Below are positions 51,103 to 60,811 of a DNA stretch of 64,000 nucleotides, piece by piece. The notes under the pieces were generated by a model that did not search any database, was not told where the DNA came from, and saw nothing but the letters and a program-made list of their open reading frames with translations. The stretch is taken from assembly GCA_031409375.1 (NCBI GenBank), contig JANNXD010000073.1, positions 3,486 through 67,485 of the forward strand, in the 5' to 3' direction. The translations under genes and the position numbers were made by a program. Every line of letters starts with the position of its first letter. Positions within the stretch are counted from its first letter, which is position 1. Origin of the DNA: Gammaproteobacteria bacterium (lineage in GTDB: Bacteria; Pseudomonadota; Gammaproteobacteria; Pseudomonadales; JANQJO01).

Positions 51103-51112
51103 AAAATCATCC

Positions 51113-54100
51113 TTAAAGTGCTTTGTTAACTTGTATGCTATGTCCTTTTTTAAACCATGAAACGATTTTAGATTTTAATGTCAACTTGTTTTCTGTTGAC
51201 GCTGTAACTGATAAGGATGTCGCTTTAACCACGCCCAACTGTGGATAGACCGCTGCTAAGGTTTTCAAATCCATCATCACCCACTCACGTAACGTCATGT
51301 TGATGTCGTGCTCTAAACGAATGCGGGCGATGGATTCCATGGCTAACAAGGAATGGCCGCCGATTTCAAAAAAATTGTGATGACGATTTATGTCATTGCG
51401 CACCAATACGTGCTGCCAAATTTGCGCCAAATATTCTTCAGCCGAGTTTTCCCAGATGGTCGCGGATGGCGTGGTTTGCCATTTGACTTGCGCCGCTAGC
51501 GCGTTGCGATTGAGCTTGCCGTTAGGCAAACGCGGTAAATGCTCGAGACGCTGCCAATGCGTTGGCAACATATATCCCGGCAAATGGGGCTGCAGTTGTT
51601 GGCGTAATACCGTGCTGTCCAAATCGGATGCCGATTCATAAAACGCCACTAAGCGCAGATCTTGTTCGCTCACCGCAATTAAACTCACCGCAACAGCGGT
51701 GATGCCCACACAACGCTGGAGTTGATTTTCAATTTCACCCAACTCAATGCGAAATCCACGCAGTTTAATTTGATTATCAATACGACCGACCCATCGCAAA
51801 CGTTGCTCGGAGGTGACCTGCACCCGATCGCCGGTGCGATACCAACGGCCACGTTTGCCATGTATGTCCAACTCAACAAAACGCTCATCCGTCATTTGCG
51901 GTTGATCACGATAACCGGCCGCCAGACCAACACCACCAATATACAACTCGCCAAAAGCGCCCATTAAACTCGGTTGTTGGCTTTGATCGAGCACAGCCAG
52001 TTCGGTGTGATCGAGCGCATCGCCAGGATCACACACTTGCTCAGGTGCGGTAATTGGTCGACACGCCGACCAAACCGCTGTCTCGGTCGGGCCATACATA
52101 TTCCATAACTGACAACCCTTTGCTAATAACTGCTGCGCTAAATTTGGCGACATGGCTTCACCGCCACATAAGGCTTTAAATTCAGGCGCAGGTGTCCAAC
52201 CGGCAGCTAATAATAATTGCCAGGTCGTCGGCGTCGCTTGTAATGCCGTCGCTTTTGTACTCACTAACAATTGTTTGAGTTTGTCGCCATCTTGCGCTGT
52301 CAAACGATCCGCAATCACGGTTTGAGCGCCCACCCACAGAGGTAAAAACAATTCCAGCACAGCAATATCAAAAGAGATGGTGGTGACCGCGACCAACACA
52401 TCATCGGCACGCAAACCAGGCGCACGCTGCATCGATTGCAGAAAATTCACCACGCTCAAACGTTTGATGGCCACGCCTTTAGGAACACCAGTAGAGCCGG
52501 AGGTGTAAATCACATACGCCAATTGCGATTGGATGCGCGTTAAACTTGACTGAGGTACTGAAGGTAATTGATCAATGCTCAGAACCTTTCTGCCGGTGAA
52601 ATCATCAGCTCGAAAGCGATCGGTAATAATCACACTGGGTTTGGCGTGATCCAGCATATAAGCAATACGATCGGCTGGATAATCCGGATCCACCGGCACG
52701 TAAGCTTTACCGGCTTGCCACACCGTGAGCAACGCCACCAGCAAATCCAATCCCCGATCCAAACACACGGCAATCACATCGCTGGGTGCATTCAACACAT
52801 GCGGCAGTAAAACATCAATCTGCTGCTGCAGCTGCTGATACGTCAAGCGATGTTGTTGAAACACCACCGCCGTGCGTGCATAAAATTGCTGACGTTTTTC
52901 CTGTAACAGTTCGCCAAGATCAGCGTTGGGCAAAACCGGTGTTGGCCCCTGCCAATAAAACCGATTGTCCGGCAACGCCAGCGGCACTTGTGTGAGCGGA
53001 CTTTGCCAACTGATGGTGCCACTGGTCAGTCCGCGCATCAGATCGCGCCACTCATACAAACGTCTTTGCCAGGTTGGCTCGAACCACAGATCGGTATTAA
53101 AGGTACATTGCGCTTGTAAGGCGTGATCACTCAACATTAGATTCAACGTGCATTCAAAATTATCAAAATGCCGAGGATTCACCGCCAACTGCACATCAAC
53201 TTCGGGATAAGCATAAGGCTCAGAACGCATCACATCGATATTAAATAACAGCGGCAACAAGGGAATTCGACCGGGATCGCGTGACAAGGGCAAATGTTTT
53301 AACAGCTGACCAAAGGTTAACGCTTGATGTTCATAGGCTTCTAATAATTTTAATCGCACCAATTGCAAAGCCGACAGCGCACTGCCCTGCCCATCCAACG
53401 GCAACCGCAAGGGCAGTACATTCACACAATGACCAATTAACTGCGATTGACCACTGGCGGCTTGTCCTGAGGCGGGCAAACCCACCAGTAAATCATCCTG
53501 TTGCGTCCAGCGCTGCAACACCATTAAAAAGGTGGTTAATAACCAAGTGACCACACTGACATTGTGTTTGATGGCATCGTCCCGAATGGCTTGTACCAGA
53601 TCAGCACCTAAATCCAGATCCAAGCGCTTGGCGTGATAAGTGCGCTCAACTTGACGCGGCTTATCCGTCGGAAGGTCCATCTGTGGAATATTATCCAGCG
53701 GATATTGTGTTAGCCAGTAGGTCAGTGATTGTTGCTGAGCGGTGCGTGCCTCAACGTCATACTGCGCTTTGGCGTAATCGGCAAATTGTGGGGGCCACGG
53801 TAATTGAGCGGCCAGCTGCTGTGGATTGACGGCTTGTTTTAACGCCGCCGCATATAAATGTCCCAACTCGCGCACCATCACCGAATACGACCAACCATCA
53901 CATAAAATATGATGCGCACATAACAACAGCTCATGATAATCCTCATGCACCTGCACCAAGATCACTTTAAATAACGGGCCAGTTAATAAATTATAGGGCT
54001 GTGTCACTGATTGTATTTTTAATTGCGCCAAACGATCGCTGACATCACCCGCACGCAAATCAATAAACGCATAGACCAATTGCGGATGATGCGGAATTAA

Positions 54101-57100
54101 CAATTGCTGACCGGCGTGCGTGAATGTCGCCACCAGTAATGGATGACGCAAAATCATGGCGTTTAATGCCAGTTGCAATGCGTCCTGCTGCAAATTCCCA
54201 GTAATTTTTAAAGCAATCGATTCATTAAAAGAACAGTTAGAATCATCACCCATTTGTACCGCAGCATAAATTTCTTGTTGCGGCTCAGTACTGGCAATCA
54301 CATCATTGAACTTCATGGCCGGCGATAACAATTGCGGCATTTTTTTTGGCAACAAGTCTTGTTGTTGTAACCTAACAATCGATTGTTCAAACGCAGCTAG
54401 TAACATATTCAGCTCGGCTTCACCATGCGCCAACGTCATAAACCAGGTGCGGCCTTCATAAATATGAATACCGTGCAAACGCATAGCGATATAAAACAGA
54501 CCAGGCAACGTAAATGACTCATCCCATTCAATCCGAAAAGCAGAACTAAAATAAGCAATTTTTAACGGCGCTTGTAAGCGCTCGGCTAAACGCTGCAATC
54601 GTTGTAAAAATAATTCACAACGATGATTTAGCTCCGCTTGGAGTTGCGGCCCCTGCTGTTCCAGAAACGCAAGCGTTGCACAGCAAGCGGCCAACGTGAG
54701 CGGATGCCGCACAAAAGTACCGGCAAAATAGGTGACGCCAACTTCAGGCCGTGAATCATCACCATATTGCCAACGGCCGCCATCGAGTGCATCCATATAT
54801 TTTGCACAGCCAGCGATGGCACCAATCGGTAAACCACCACCGATAATTTTGCCATAGGTCGCAATATCTGCCCGCACACCAAAATAGGCTTGCGCACCAC
54901 CTTGGTGGCAACGAAAACCGGTGATTACCTCATCAAAAATGAGCGCGATATCCTGTGCACGCGTGAGGGTACGCAACGCTTGCACAAACGCACGCGGCTG
55001 CCAATGTAAGCGTCGACTTTGCACCGGCTCGACCACCACGGCGGCAATTTCATCGGCATGTTCTGCAATAAAATCTAGACTATCCGCGTCGCCATAAGCC
55101 AATACCCAAACTTCTTGGGTTTGGCTAAACGGAATTCCCGCCACCGCCGGTATACCTTGCGCGTCCGCACCGGCACGCACGATGACTTCATCAAAAATAC
55201 CGTGGTAATCATCAGTGAAGATGACGATGCGATCACGACCCGTGACCGTCCGCGCAATGCGCAATGCACCCATGACCGCTTCGGAGCCGGTATTACAAAA
55301 AGCTACGCGCTCATGCCCCGTCATGCGACACATGGCTTGTACCGCATAGGCTACTTTCGGATGCTGCGGACCAATTTCCACGCCGTCTTGCAACTGGGCG
55401 ATTAACGCTTGTTTGACGATATCGGGATTATGCCCGAGTAAAATCGCGCCAAAACCACTGGTGACATCCAGATATCGATGGCCATCAATATCGGTAAAAT
55501 ACGCACCTTGCGATTGCTGAATTACCAGCGGATAAACTGCTTCTTTTAAAGTCGGATTAAACCCCGACACCGCACGAGGATCGGCAAGCTGAGCACGATT
55601 GTCGGCCGTAAATTTTTTTGAGCGGGCGGTTTTCTGAATATAAAGCGTCAGCAGTTCGTTAATCGCTTGCTGCTGCGTTTCACTCATCACCTGACGTTGT
55701 AATTGAATGCGCGTCTGCGCACCAAAAGCTTTGGCTGGTGTCGTACTTTGCGTTGTACTTTGTGTTTGTGTTGCTGGGGAGTGGTTTTTATCGCGCACTG
55801 GTTTTGATGCGGCAGGAGGAGTTGCGCTAGAGAGCGATGGCGCACGTTCCGCAATCAATTCTGCCAACGCCTGCACCGTCGGATGCGTGTCCATGAGTTC
55901 ACGCAAACCAATCGCCACTTTAAATTGACGTTTTAACTGCGCCCCCAACTGCGTCAATAATAACGAATCCAGCCCGAGTGCAATCAATGGCTGTTGATAA
56001 TCATCAACATGCAATTGAATACCCGAAACCTTACTAATTTCTGCCGCAATCTGTTGCGACACGTCCGGTTCTTGCACTTGACGATTTTCTAGGGGCGAAT
56101 GATCATTCGCCCTCGCGCTCTGCAACGGTTCAGCCGTTATCGGTGGCGCACTGCTATCGGCTATCTGCGTACCCACTGCCGACATTTGCGAACCAGCACC
56201 CAACATGGGTGCAGCACCTTCCAGCGCCGGCGCTTCAATCCAAAACCGCTGACGTTGAAACACATAGGTTGGCAACGGCACACGTCGACGCTGTTCCGCT
56301 AAATACAAACCACTGTAATCGATGTTTTGGCCCACCTGCCATAACTGTCCCACGGCTTGCAACCAAGTACTGACACTCTGCGCAAAGTGTTTCGGATGCG
56401 GCTGACTGGCGACGATCAAATAATTCTGAGCGTTCAATGCGCTTTGCGCCTGTCCTTGCGACAGCCCTTGCGACAAAACCCGATGCGGCCCGACCTCTAA
56501 CCAAATGGCTTGTGGACAATGCGCTTGTGCCGTGGCAATGGCCGGGGCAAATTGTACCGCATGAATAATTTGCTGCGACCAATAGCTGGGTTCACACCAA
56601 GTCATCGGCATGATCGCTTGCCCGCTGGCAGACGAAATCGCCGCCGCTTGTGCGGGATGACGCGAGACAGCGGCCACTACCGCCTCAAATTCTGCCAGCA
56701 TCGGCAACATCATCGGCGAATGAAACGCGTGTGACGTATGTAAGCGTTGGCTTTCTAACCGCAGTTCGGTTTGCAAACGCTGCTGCACCTGTTCAATGGC
56801 GTCAAACGTTCCCGACAATACACAGCGAGTTGGTGTATTGATCGCCGCTAACGACACGTCTGGTGATAAATAGGGTTGTAATTGTTCTGGCGTTGCCATG
56901 ACAGCGAGCATGGCACCGGCTGGCATGGACTGCATCAGCTTGCCGCGCAGCGCGACCAGTGATAACGCATCTTCTAAACTGAACACCCCAGCTAAGGTCG
57001 CTGCCACCCATTCACCAATGCTGTGACCGATCATCAGATCCGCCGTGACGCCAATACTTTGCCACAGCTTGGCCAGCGCATACTCGACCACAAACAAAGC

Positions 57101-60100
57101 CGGTTGCACTTCAACGGTGGCTTGCCAGGCAATGAGTTCATCATCACGATTCATCAAACGAGCGAATAAATCGAGATCACAACGTTGTTTTAAAAACTCG
57201 CAACAGGTATCGATTATATTTTTAAACACGTCATAGGTTTGATATAAGCCGTGCGCCATCCCCAAGGATTGACTGCCTTGTCCGGGAAATAAAAACACCA
57301 CAGGCGCATCCGTTAACACTGGCAATACCAAGCTTGTTTCAGTGGCAGTCGTTAGCTGCTGCTGTAAATCACCCAGTGTATTCGCAACAAAATGCACCCC
57401 ATAAGCAAAGCGATGCCGCCCCACCTGTAAGGTGTAAGCCAGTTGTGCCAAATTTAGTTCAGGATGCCGGGGAATAAACTCGGCAAAACTTTGCAGCAAG
57501 GCCTGCAAGGCTTGTGGTGTTTTGGCTGTGAAACTGCACACTTGCGGATTTGTTGAGTCGGCAATTTTTTCAAACACAGGCGATTGCGCTAACACAATAT
57601 GCGCATTGGTCCCGCCCAAGCCAAACGCACTCACGCCAGCCAGCCTTTGCTCACTCAACCAAGGTTGCGTTTGTTGATTAACGACAAAACCATTTTTTTG
57701 CCACTCAATATCAGGATTGGGTTGATCGCAATGCAAACTGGCGGGCATCTGCGCATGCTGCAACATCAAGCTGGTTTTAATGACACTGGCTACTGCAGCG
57801 CCGGCATCCAGATGACCAATATTACTTTTCAAGGAACCGATACGACACAGCGGCAGACCCGTATCACGCGATCCATAAGCACGACTTAATCCGGCCATTT
57901 CAATGGGATCACCCAAACGCGTTGCCGTACCATGGGTTTCCACATAACCAATGTCGTGCGCTTGAACACCGGCTTGTTGTAACGCCGCTTGAATCACGGT
58001 GGCTTGGCCGTGCACGCTGGGGGCAGTAAAACCAATTTTATTGGCACCATCATTATTAATCGCTGAGCCTTTAATAACAGCACGAATACAATCACCATCC
58101 GCGAGTGCATCCGCTAAGCGCTTGATCACCAACATCGACATGCCACTGCCACGCACCATGCCGGAAGCCTGCGCATCAAAGGCACGCGTTTGGCCATTGG
58201 CCGATAACGGCCCACCTTCTACCGATAGATAACCGACACGATGCGGCACCAATACACGACCACCGCCCACCAAAGCGGCATCACATTCCCCTTGTCGCAA
58301 ACTGTTGCACGCCAAATGCAAAGCAACCGCTGAACTCGAGCAAGCGGTTTGCACATTCACCGCCGGACCCTGCAGATTGAACTTAAACGCCACGCGGGTC
58401 GCGGGAAAATCTTTTTCATTTCCCAGCAAGCCCAGATAATCCCGACAACCGTCCCGCAACTGCGGATTCGCCGCTAAGTGATGCAATAAATAACCGTTAT
58501 GCGCCACGCCGGCAAATACCCCAACCAAACCTGGCACCTGCAAGGGATCATAACCCGCATCTTCCAATGCCCACCAAGCTACTTCGAGCAGCAATCGTTG
58601 TTGTGGATCCATCCATTGCACTTCTTTGGGGGTATAACCAAAAAAACTGGCATCAAAACTTTCAATATCTGTTAACGGCGCACACCATTTAACATAATTA
58701 GTTTCTTGCCATATCGCTGGATCAACACCCGCTTTGGCCAGCGCCTCAAAAACCACCGGCTCTAAACTACTGCGTGCGGCAAGTAAATTCGCCCAAAATT
58801 GTTCGATTGAGTCCGCGCCTGGAAAACGCCCCGCCATGCCGACAATCGCAATTTCAGAATTTTTCTGAAAACTGGTTTTGCGCTGGGCTTGCTGTTTTTG
58901 AACTTGTTGAAGATTGTCCCTCGTAATCGCAACCTGATAAATTTCCGGTAGCACCTCACGGTGTTGCGTCAACAACACTTGGCTATACGCACGAATGGTG
59001 GGATCCGCAAAAAAATCGGCCATGCTAAGTTTCGTATCAAGCGATTTGGCCAGTGCACCAATAAACTCAATCGCTAATAACGACGTGCCGCCCAATTCAA
59101 AAAATCGATCTAGAACCCCAATGCCTTGCAACTGCAATAATGCTTGCCATTGGTTTAATAACCACTGCTCAAGGGCATTTTTGGCCGGCACATAAGCGGT
59201 GTTTAAATCAGGACGCTCATGACGCGGGGACGGCAGAGCGCGTCTATCCACTTTACCATTGGCATTTAAGGGTAAGCTGGACATTTCCATCCATAGAGTT
59301 GGCAACATATAGTCGGGCAATGTTGCTTGCAAATCAGCGCGCAACCTGGAAATCGAAATTTTGCTTTTCCAAACAATATAAGCTGCCAGCTGTGAAGCCG
59401 TTTCTTGGGTAGCGATAACCGCCGCATTTTCAATGGCCGGATGATTAATGAGAGCCTGCTCAATTTCACCCAGTTCGATCCGAAAACCACGAATTTTGAC
59501 CTGATGATCGCGTCGACCGCAATACAACAAATCACCACTCGGTAAGCGCTTAACTAAATCACCCGTCAGATAAATCCGCCCCAACTGGGCATGCTGAATA
59601 AATTTTTCTTGCGTGAGATCGGGATTTTTGGGATAGCCCGCGCCGACGCCAATGCCACCAACCGCACACTCGCCCATCTCATCATCGTCAATCGGCTGCA
59701 ACTGATCATTCAGCACAGTTAACACCATCTGTGGAATAGCTTTACCAATCGGCGCTTGTTGATCATCAGGAAAATTTTTTGGGACGATAAAAAAACTCAC
59801 AACATCACTACATTCAGTCGGCCCATAACTATTGACAAGCTGCGTTTGGCATTGCGGATGCTGAAACCACGCCTTAAATGGCGCTAAATATAAAGCTTCA
59901 CCGCCAAGAAAAACCCAGCGCAAAGATACCAAGGCTAATGGCTTGTGATCATCAATTCCCAGCATCAAGCCTTTCATGGCGGTGGGTGTGCAATTCAAAC
60001 TGGTAATCTGGCATTCGTGAATCTGCGTTAATAAATCTTGCGCATCATAATGTTCACAATTCGGCAAATATAAACAAGCACCCTGCCGCCATGCAGTCCA

Positions 60101-60724
60101 AATATTCTTTTGCGTTAGATCAAACCCAATCGACGACATTAACAAAGGTCGCCAGCTGGCATCAAACTGGCCGATCTCGGCATACCACGCGTAAAGATTT
60201 TCAGCGCCAGCCCGCAGAACCACGGCACCTTTTGGCTGTCCAGTGGAACCGGACGTGTAAATGGTATAAAACGGCTGATCCGCACTCAGCGCCAACTGCG
60301 GATTATGCGCAGAACCCTGCAGTTCATCGATCAACCATATTGGCTGATGACTTGTCACAGATAACAGGTCGGTGGTCTGCATCAGCCGCACCTGCATCGC
60401 AACATCATCCACCAAGCAGCCCAAACATCCACTATCCTGCAAAATCGTCATGAGTCGTTGCGTCGGCATTTCAGGATCCAACGGCAAATAACCAGCCCCC
60501 GTTTTAGCAACTGCCAGCAAGGCAATCATTTGCGCAAAACCTCGATGCGCCAACACAGCTACCGTTTGCCCCGCACCCACGCCTTTAGCCAACAAACCGT
60601 GCGCCACTTGATTCGCATGGCAATTTAATTCGGCATAGGTCAGATACTTTTGTCGATGGAACACCGCGAGCGCACTGGGTGCCGAAGCAGCATGATCTTC
60701 GATTTGACTAATTAGGCTCGTCAT
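51113..60724 (-). CDS. Hybrid NRPS-PKS megasynthase (A-T-KS-AT-T-aminotransferase-C-A-T), 3203 aa
   Basis: All core motifs were located by eye; see the domain features below. The AT carries GHSIGE plus HAFH (malonyl type). The A2 pocket reads DILQLGMVWK (Gly-like). No TE or R domain follows the last carrier. Confidence 0.9.
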   Translation of the reverse strand: MTSLISQIEDHAASAPSALAVFHRQKYLTYAELNCHANQVAHGLLAKGVGAGQTVAVLAHRGFAQMIALLAVAKTGAGYLPLDPEMPTQRLMTILQDSGCLGCLVDDVAMQVRLMQTTDLLSVTSHQPIWLIDELQGSAHNPQLALSADQPFYTIYTSGSTGQPKGAVVLRAGAENLYAWYAEIGQFDASWRPLLMSSIGFDLTQKNIWTAWRQGACLYLPNCEHYDAQDLLTQIHECQITSLNCTPTAMKGLMLGIDDHKPLALVSLRWVFLGGEALYLAPFKAWFQHPQCQTQLVNSYGPTECSDVVSFFIVPKNFPDDQQAPIGKAIPQMVLTVLNDQLQPIDDDEMGECAVGGIGVGAGYPKNPDLTQEKFIQHAQLGRIYLTGDLVKRLPSGDLLYCGRRDHQVKIRGFRIELGEIEQALINHPAIENAAVIATQETASQLAAYIVWKSKISISRLRADLQATLPDYMLPTLWMEMSSLPLNANGKVDRRALPSPRHERPDLNTAYVPAKNALEQWLLNQWQALLQLQGIGVLDRFFELGGTSLLAIEFIGALAKSLDTKLSMADFFADPTIRAYSQVLLTQHREVLPEIYQVAITRDNLQQVQKQQAQRKTSFQKNSEIAIVGMAGRFPGADSIEQFWANLLAARSSLEPVVFEALAKAGVDPAIWQETNYVKWCAPLTDIESFDASFFGYTPKEVQWMDPQQRLLLEVAWWALEDAGYDPLQVPGLVGVFAGVAHNGYLLHHLAANPQLRDGCRDYLGLLGNEKDFPATRVAFKFNLQGPAVNVQTACSSSAVALHLACNSLRQGECDAALVGGGRVLVPHRVGYLSVEGGPLSANGQTRAFDAQASGMVRGSGMSMLVIKRLADALADGDCIRAVIKGSAINNDGANKIGFTAPSVHGQATVIQAALQQAGVQAHDIGYVETHGTATRLGDPIEMAGLSRAYGSRDTGLPLCRIGSLKSNIGHLDAGAAVASVIKTSLMLQHAQMPASLHCDQPNPDIEWQKNGFVVNQQTQPWLSEQRLAGVSAFGLGGTNAHIVLAQSPVFEKIADSTNPQVCSFTAKTPQALQALLQSFAEFIPRHPELNLAQLAYTLQVGRHRFAYGVHFVANTLGDLQQQLTTATETSLVLPVLTDAPVVFLFPGQGSQSLGMAHGLYQTYDVFKNIIDTCCEFLKQRCDLDLFARLMNRDDELIAWQATVEVQPALFVVEYALAKLWQSIGVTADLMIGHSIGEWVAATLAGVFSLEDALSLVALRGKLMQSMPAGAMLAVMATPEQLQPYLSPDVSLAAINTPTRCVLSGTFDAIEQVQQRLQTELRLESQRLHTSHAFHSPMMLPMLAEFEAVVAAVSRHPAQAAAISSASGQAIMPMTWCEPSYWSQQIIHAVQFAPAIATAQAHCPQAIWLEVGPHRVLSQGLSQGQAQSALNAQNYLIVASQPHPKHFAQSVSTWLQAVGQLWQVGQNIDYSGLYLAEQRRRVPLPTYVFQRQRFWIEAPALEGAAPMLGAGSQMSAVGTQIADSSAPPITAEPLQSARANDHSPLENRQVQEPDVSQQIAAEISKVSGIQLHVDDYQQPLIALGLDSLLLTQLGAQLKRQFKVAIGLRELMDTHPTVQALAELIAERAPSLSSATPPAASKPVRDKNHSPATQTQSTTQSTTPAKAFGAQTRIQLQRQVMSETQQQAINELLTLYIQKTARSKKFTADNRAQLADPRAVSGFNPTLKEAVYPLVIQQSQGAYFTDIDGHRYLDVTSGFGAILLGHNPDIVKQALIAQLQDGVEIGPQHPKVAYAVQAMCRMTGHERVAFCNTGSEAVMGALRIARTVTGRDRIVIFTDDYHGIFDEVIVRAGADAQGIPAVAGIPFSQTQEVWVLAYGDADSLDFIAEHADEIAAVVVEPVQSRRLHWQPRAFVQALRTLTRAQDIALIFDEVITGFRCHQGGAQAYFGVRADIATYGKIIGGGLPIGAIAGCAKYMDALDGGRWQYGDDSRPEVGVTYFAGTFVRHPLTLAACCATLAFLEQQGPQLQAELNHRCELFLQRLQRLAERLQAPLKIAYFSSAFRIEWDESFTLPGLFYIAMRLHGIHIYEGRTWFMTLAHGEAELNMLLAAFEQSIVRLQQQDLLPKKMPQLLSPAMKFNDVIASTEPQQEIYAAVQMGDDSNCSFNESIALKITGNLQQDALQLALNAMILRHPLLVATFTHAGQQLLIPHHPQLVYAFIDLRAGDVSDRLAQLKIQSVTQPYNLLTGPLFKVILVQVHEDYHELLLCAHHILCDGWSYSVMVRELGHLYAAALKQAVNPQQLAAQLPWPPQFADYAKAQYDVEARTAQQQSLTYWLTQYPLDNIPQMDLPTDKPRQVERTYHAKRLDLDLGADLVQAIRDDAIKHNVSVVTWLLTTFLMVLQRWTQQDDLLVGLPASGQAASGQSQLIGHCVNVLPLRLPLDGQGSALSALQLVRLKLLEAYEHQALTFGQLLKHLPLSRDPGRIPLLPLLFNIDVMRSEPYAYPEVDVQLAVNPRHFDNFECTLNLMLSDHALQAQCTFNTDLWFEPTWQRRLYEWRDLMRGLTSGTISWQSPLTQVPLALPDNRFYWQGPTPVLPNADLGELLQEKRQQFYARTAVVFQQHRLTYQQLQQQIDVLLPHVLNAPSDVIAVCLDRGLDLLVALLTVWQAGKAYVPVDPDYPADRIAYMLDHAKPSVIITDRFRADDFTGRKVLSIDQLPSVPQSSLTRIQSQLAYVIYTSGSTGVPKGVAIKRLSVVNFLQSMQRAPGLRADDVLVAVTTISFDIAVLELFLPLWVGAQTVIADRLTAQDGDKLKQLLVSTKATALQATPTTWQLLLAAGWTPAPEFKALCGGEAMSPNLAQQLLAKGCQLWNMYGPTETAVWSACRPITAPEQVCDPGDALDHTELAVLDQSQQPSLMGAFGELYIGGVGLAAGYRDQPQMTDERFVELDIHGKRGRWYRTGDRVQVTSEQRLRWVGRIDNQIKLRGFRIELGEIENQLQRCVGITAVAVSLIAVSEQDLRLVAFYESASDLDSTVLRQQLQPHLPGYMLPTHWQRLEHLPRLPNGKLNRNALAAQVKWQTTPSATIWENSAEEYLAQIWQHVLVRNDINRHHNFFEIGGHSLLAMESIARIRLEHDINMTLREWVMMDLKTLAAVYPQLGVVKATSLSVTASTENKLTLKSKIVSWFKKGHSIQVNKAL
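51250..51440 (-). other. Carrier domain T3 (terminal)
   Basis: FFEIGGHSLLAME at 51337-51373. Only about 45 aa follow before the stop. Confidence 0.75.
51480..52925 (-). other. NRPS adenylation domain 2, predicted Gly
   Basis: YTSGSTGVPKG, NMYGPTE, YRTGD, GRIDNQIKLRGFRIELGEIE and NGKLNRNAL (51498-51532). The by-eye pocket code DILQLGMVWK is close to the canonical Gly code DILQLGLIWK. Confidence 0.7.
52990..54290 (-). other. NRPS condensation domain
   Basis: CAHHILCDGWSYS (53882-53920). Confidence 0.8.
54365..55735 (-). other. PLP-dependent class III aminotransferase domain (GSA-aminomutase-like)
   Basis: CNTGSEAVMGALRIAR, IFDEVITGFR, and ATYGKIIGGG with the Schiff-base Lys (54841-54870). 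Confidence 0.8.
55900..56080 (-). other. Carrier domain T2 (ACP)
   Basis: LIALGLDSLLLTQL at 55962-56000. Confidence 0.75.
56250..57300 (-). other. Acyltransferase domain, malonyl-CoA type
   Basis: FLFPGQGSQ (57259-57300), GHSIGEW (57007-57033), and the HAFHS motif (HAFH marks malonyl specificity in established PKS rules). Confidence 0.8.
57590..58860 (-). other. Ketosynthase domain
   Basis: EIAIVGMAGRFP (58821-58856), TACSSS active-site Cys (about 58329-58360), ETHGTAT, and GLGGTNAH (about 57598-57640). Confidence 0.85.
58990..59190 (-). other. Carrier domain T1
   Basis: FFELGGTSLLAIE at 59066-59107. Confidence 0.75.
59225..60724 (-). other. NRPS adenylation domain 1 (loading)
   Basis: YTSGSTGQPKG, NSYGPTE, YLTGD, GRRDHQVKIRGFRIELGEIE and NGKVDRRAL (59225-59263). 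The by-eye pocket code is D-L-K-N-F-G-S-D-V-K. Asp235 is retained, so the substrate is probably amino-acid-like. Confidence 0.75.
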
Positions 60725-60811
60725 AGGGAGAACAACTCAAGATAAAACCATACTAATGCAGGACAAGAAAGCCACACTAATCGAAATTGTGTTTTATGAA
60801 AATAGCATTTA

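Noticed and set aside
51113-51250. The C-terminal tail after the last carrier domain read as a thioesterase, reductase or terminal condensation domain.
   Set aside because: Only about 45 residues follow the carrier (VKATSLSVTASTENKLTLKSKIVSWFKKGHSIQVNKAL). There is no GxSxG or Rossmann motif, and the tail is far too short for any release domain.
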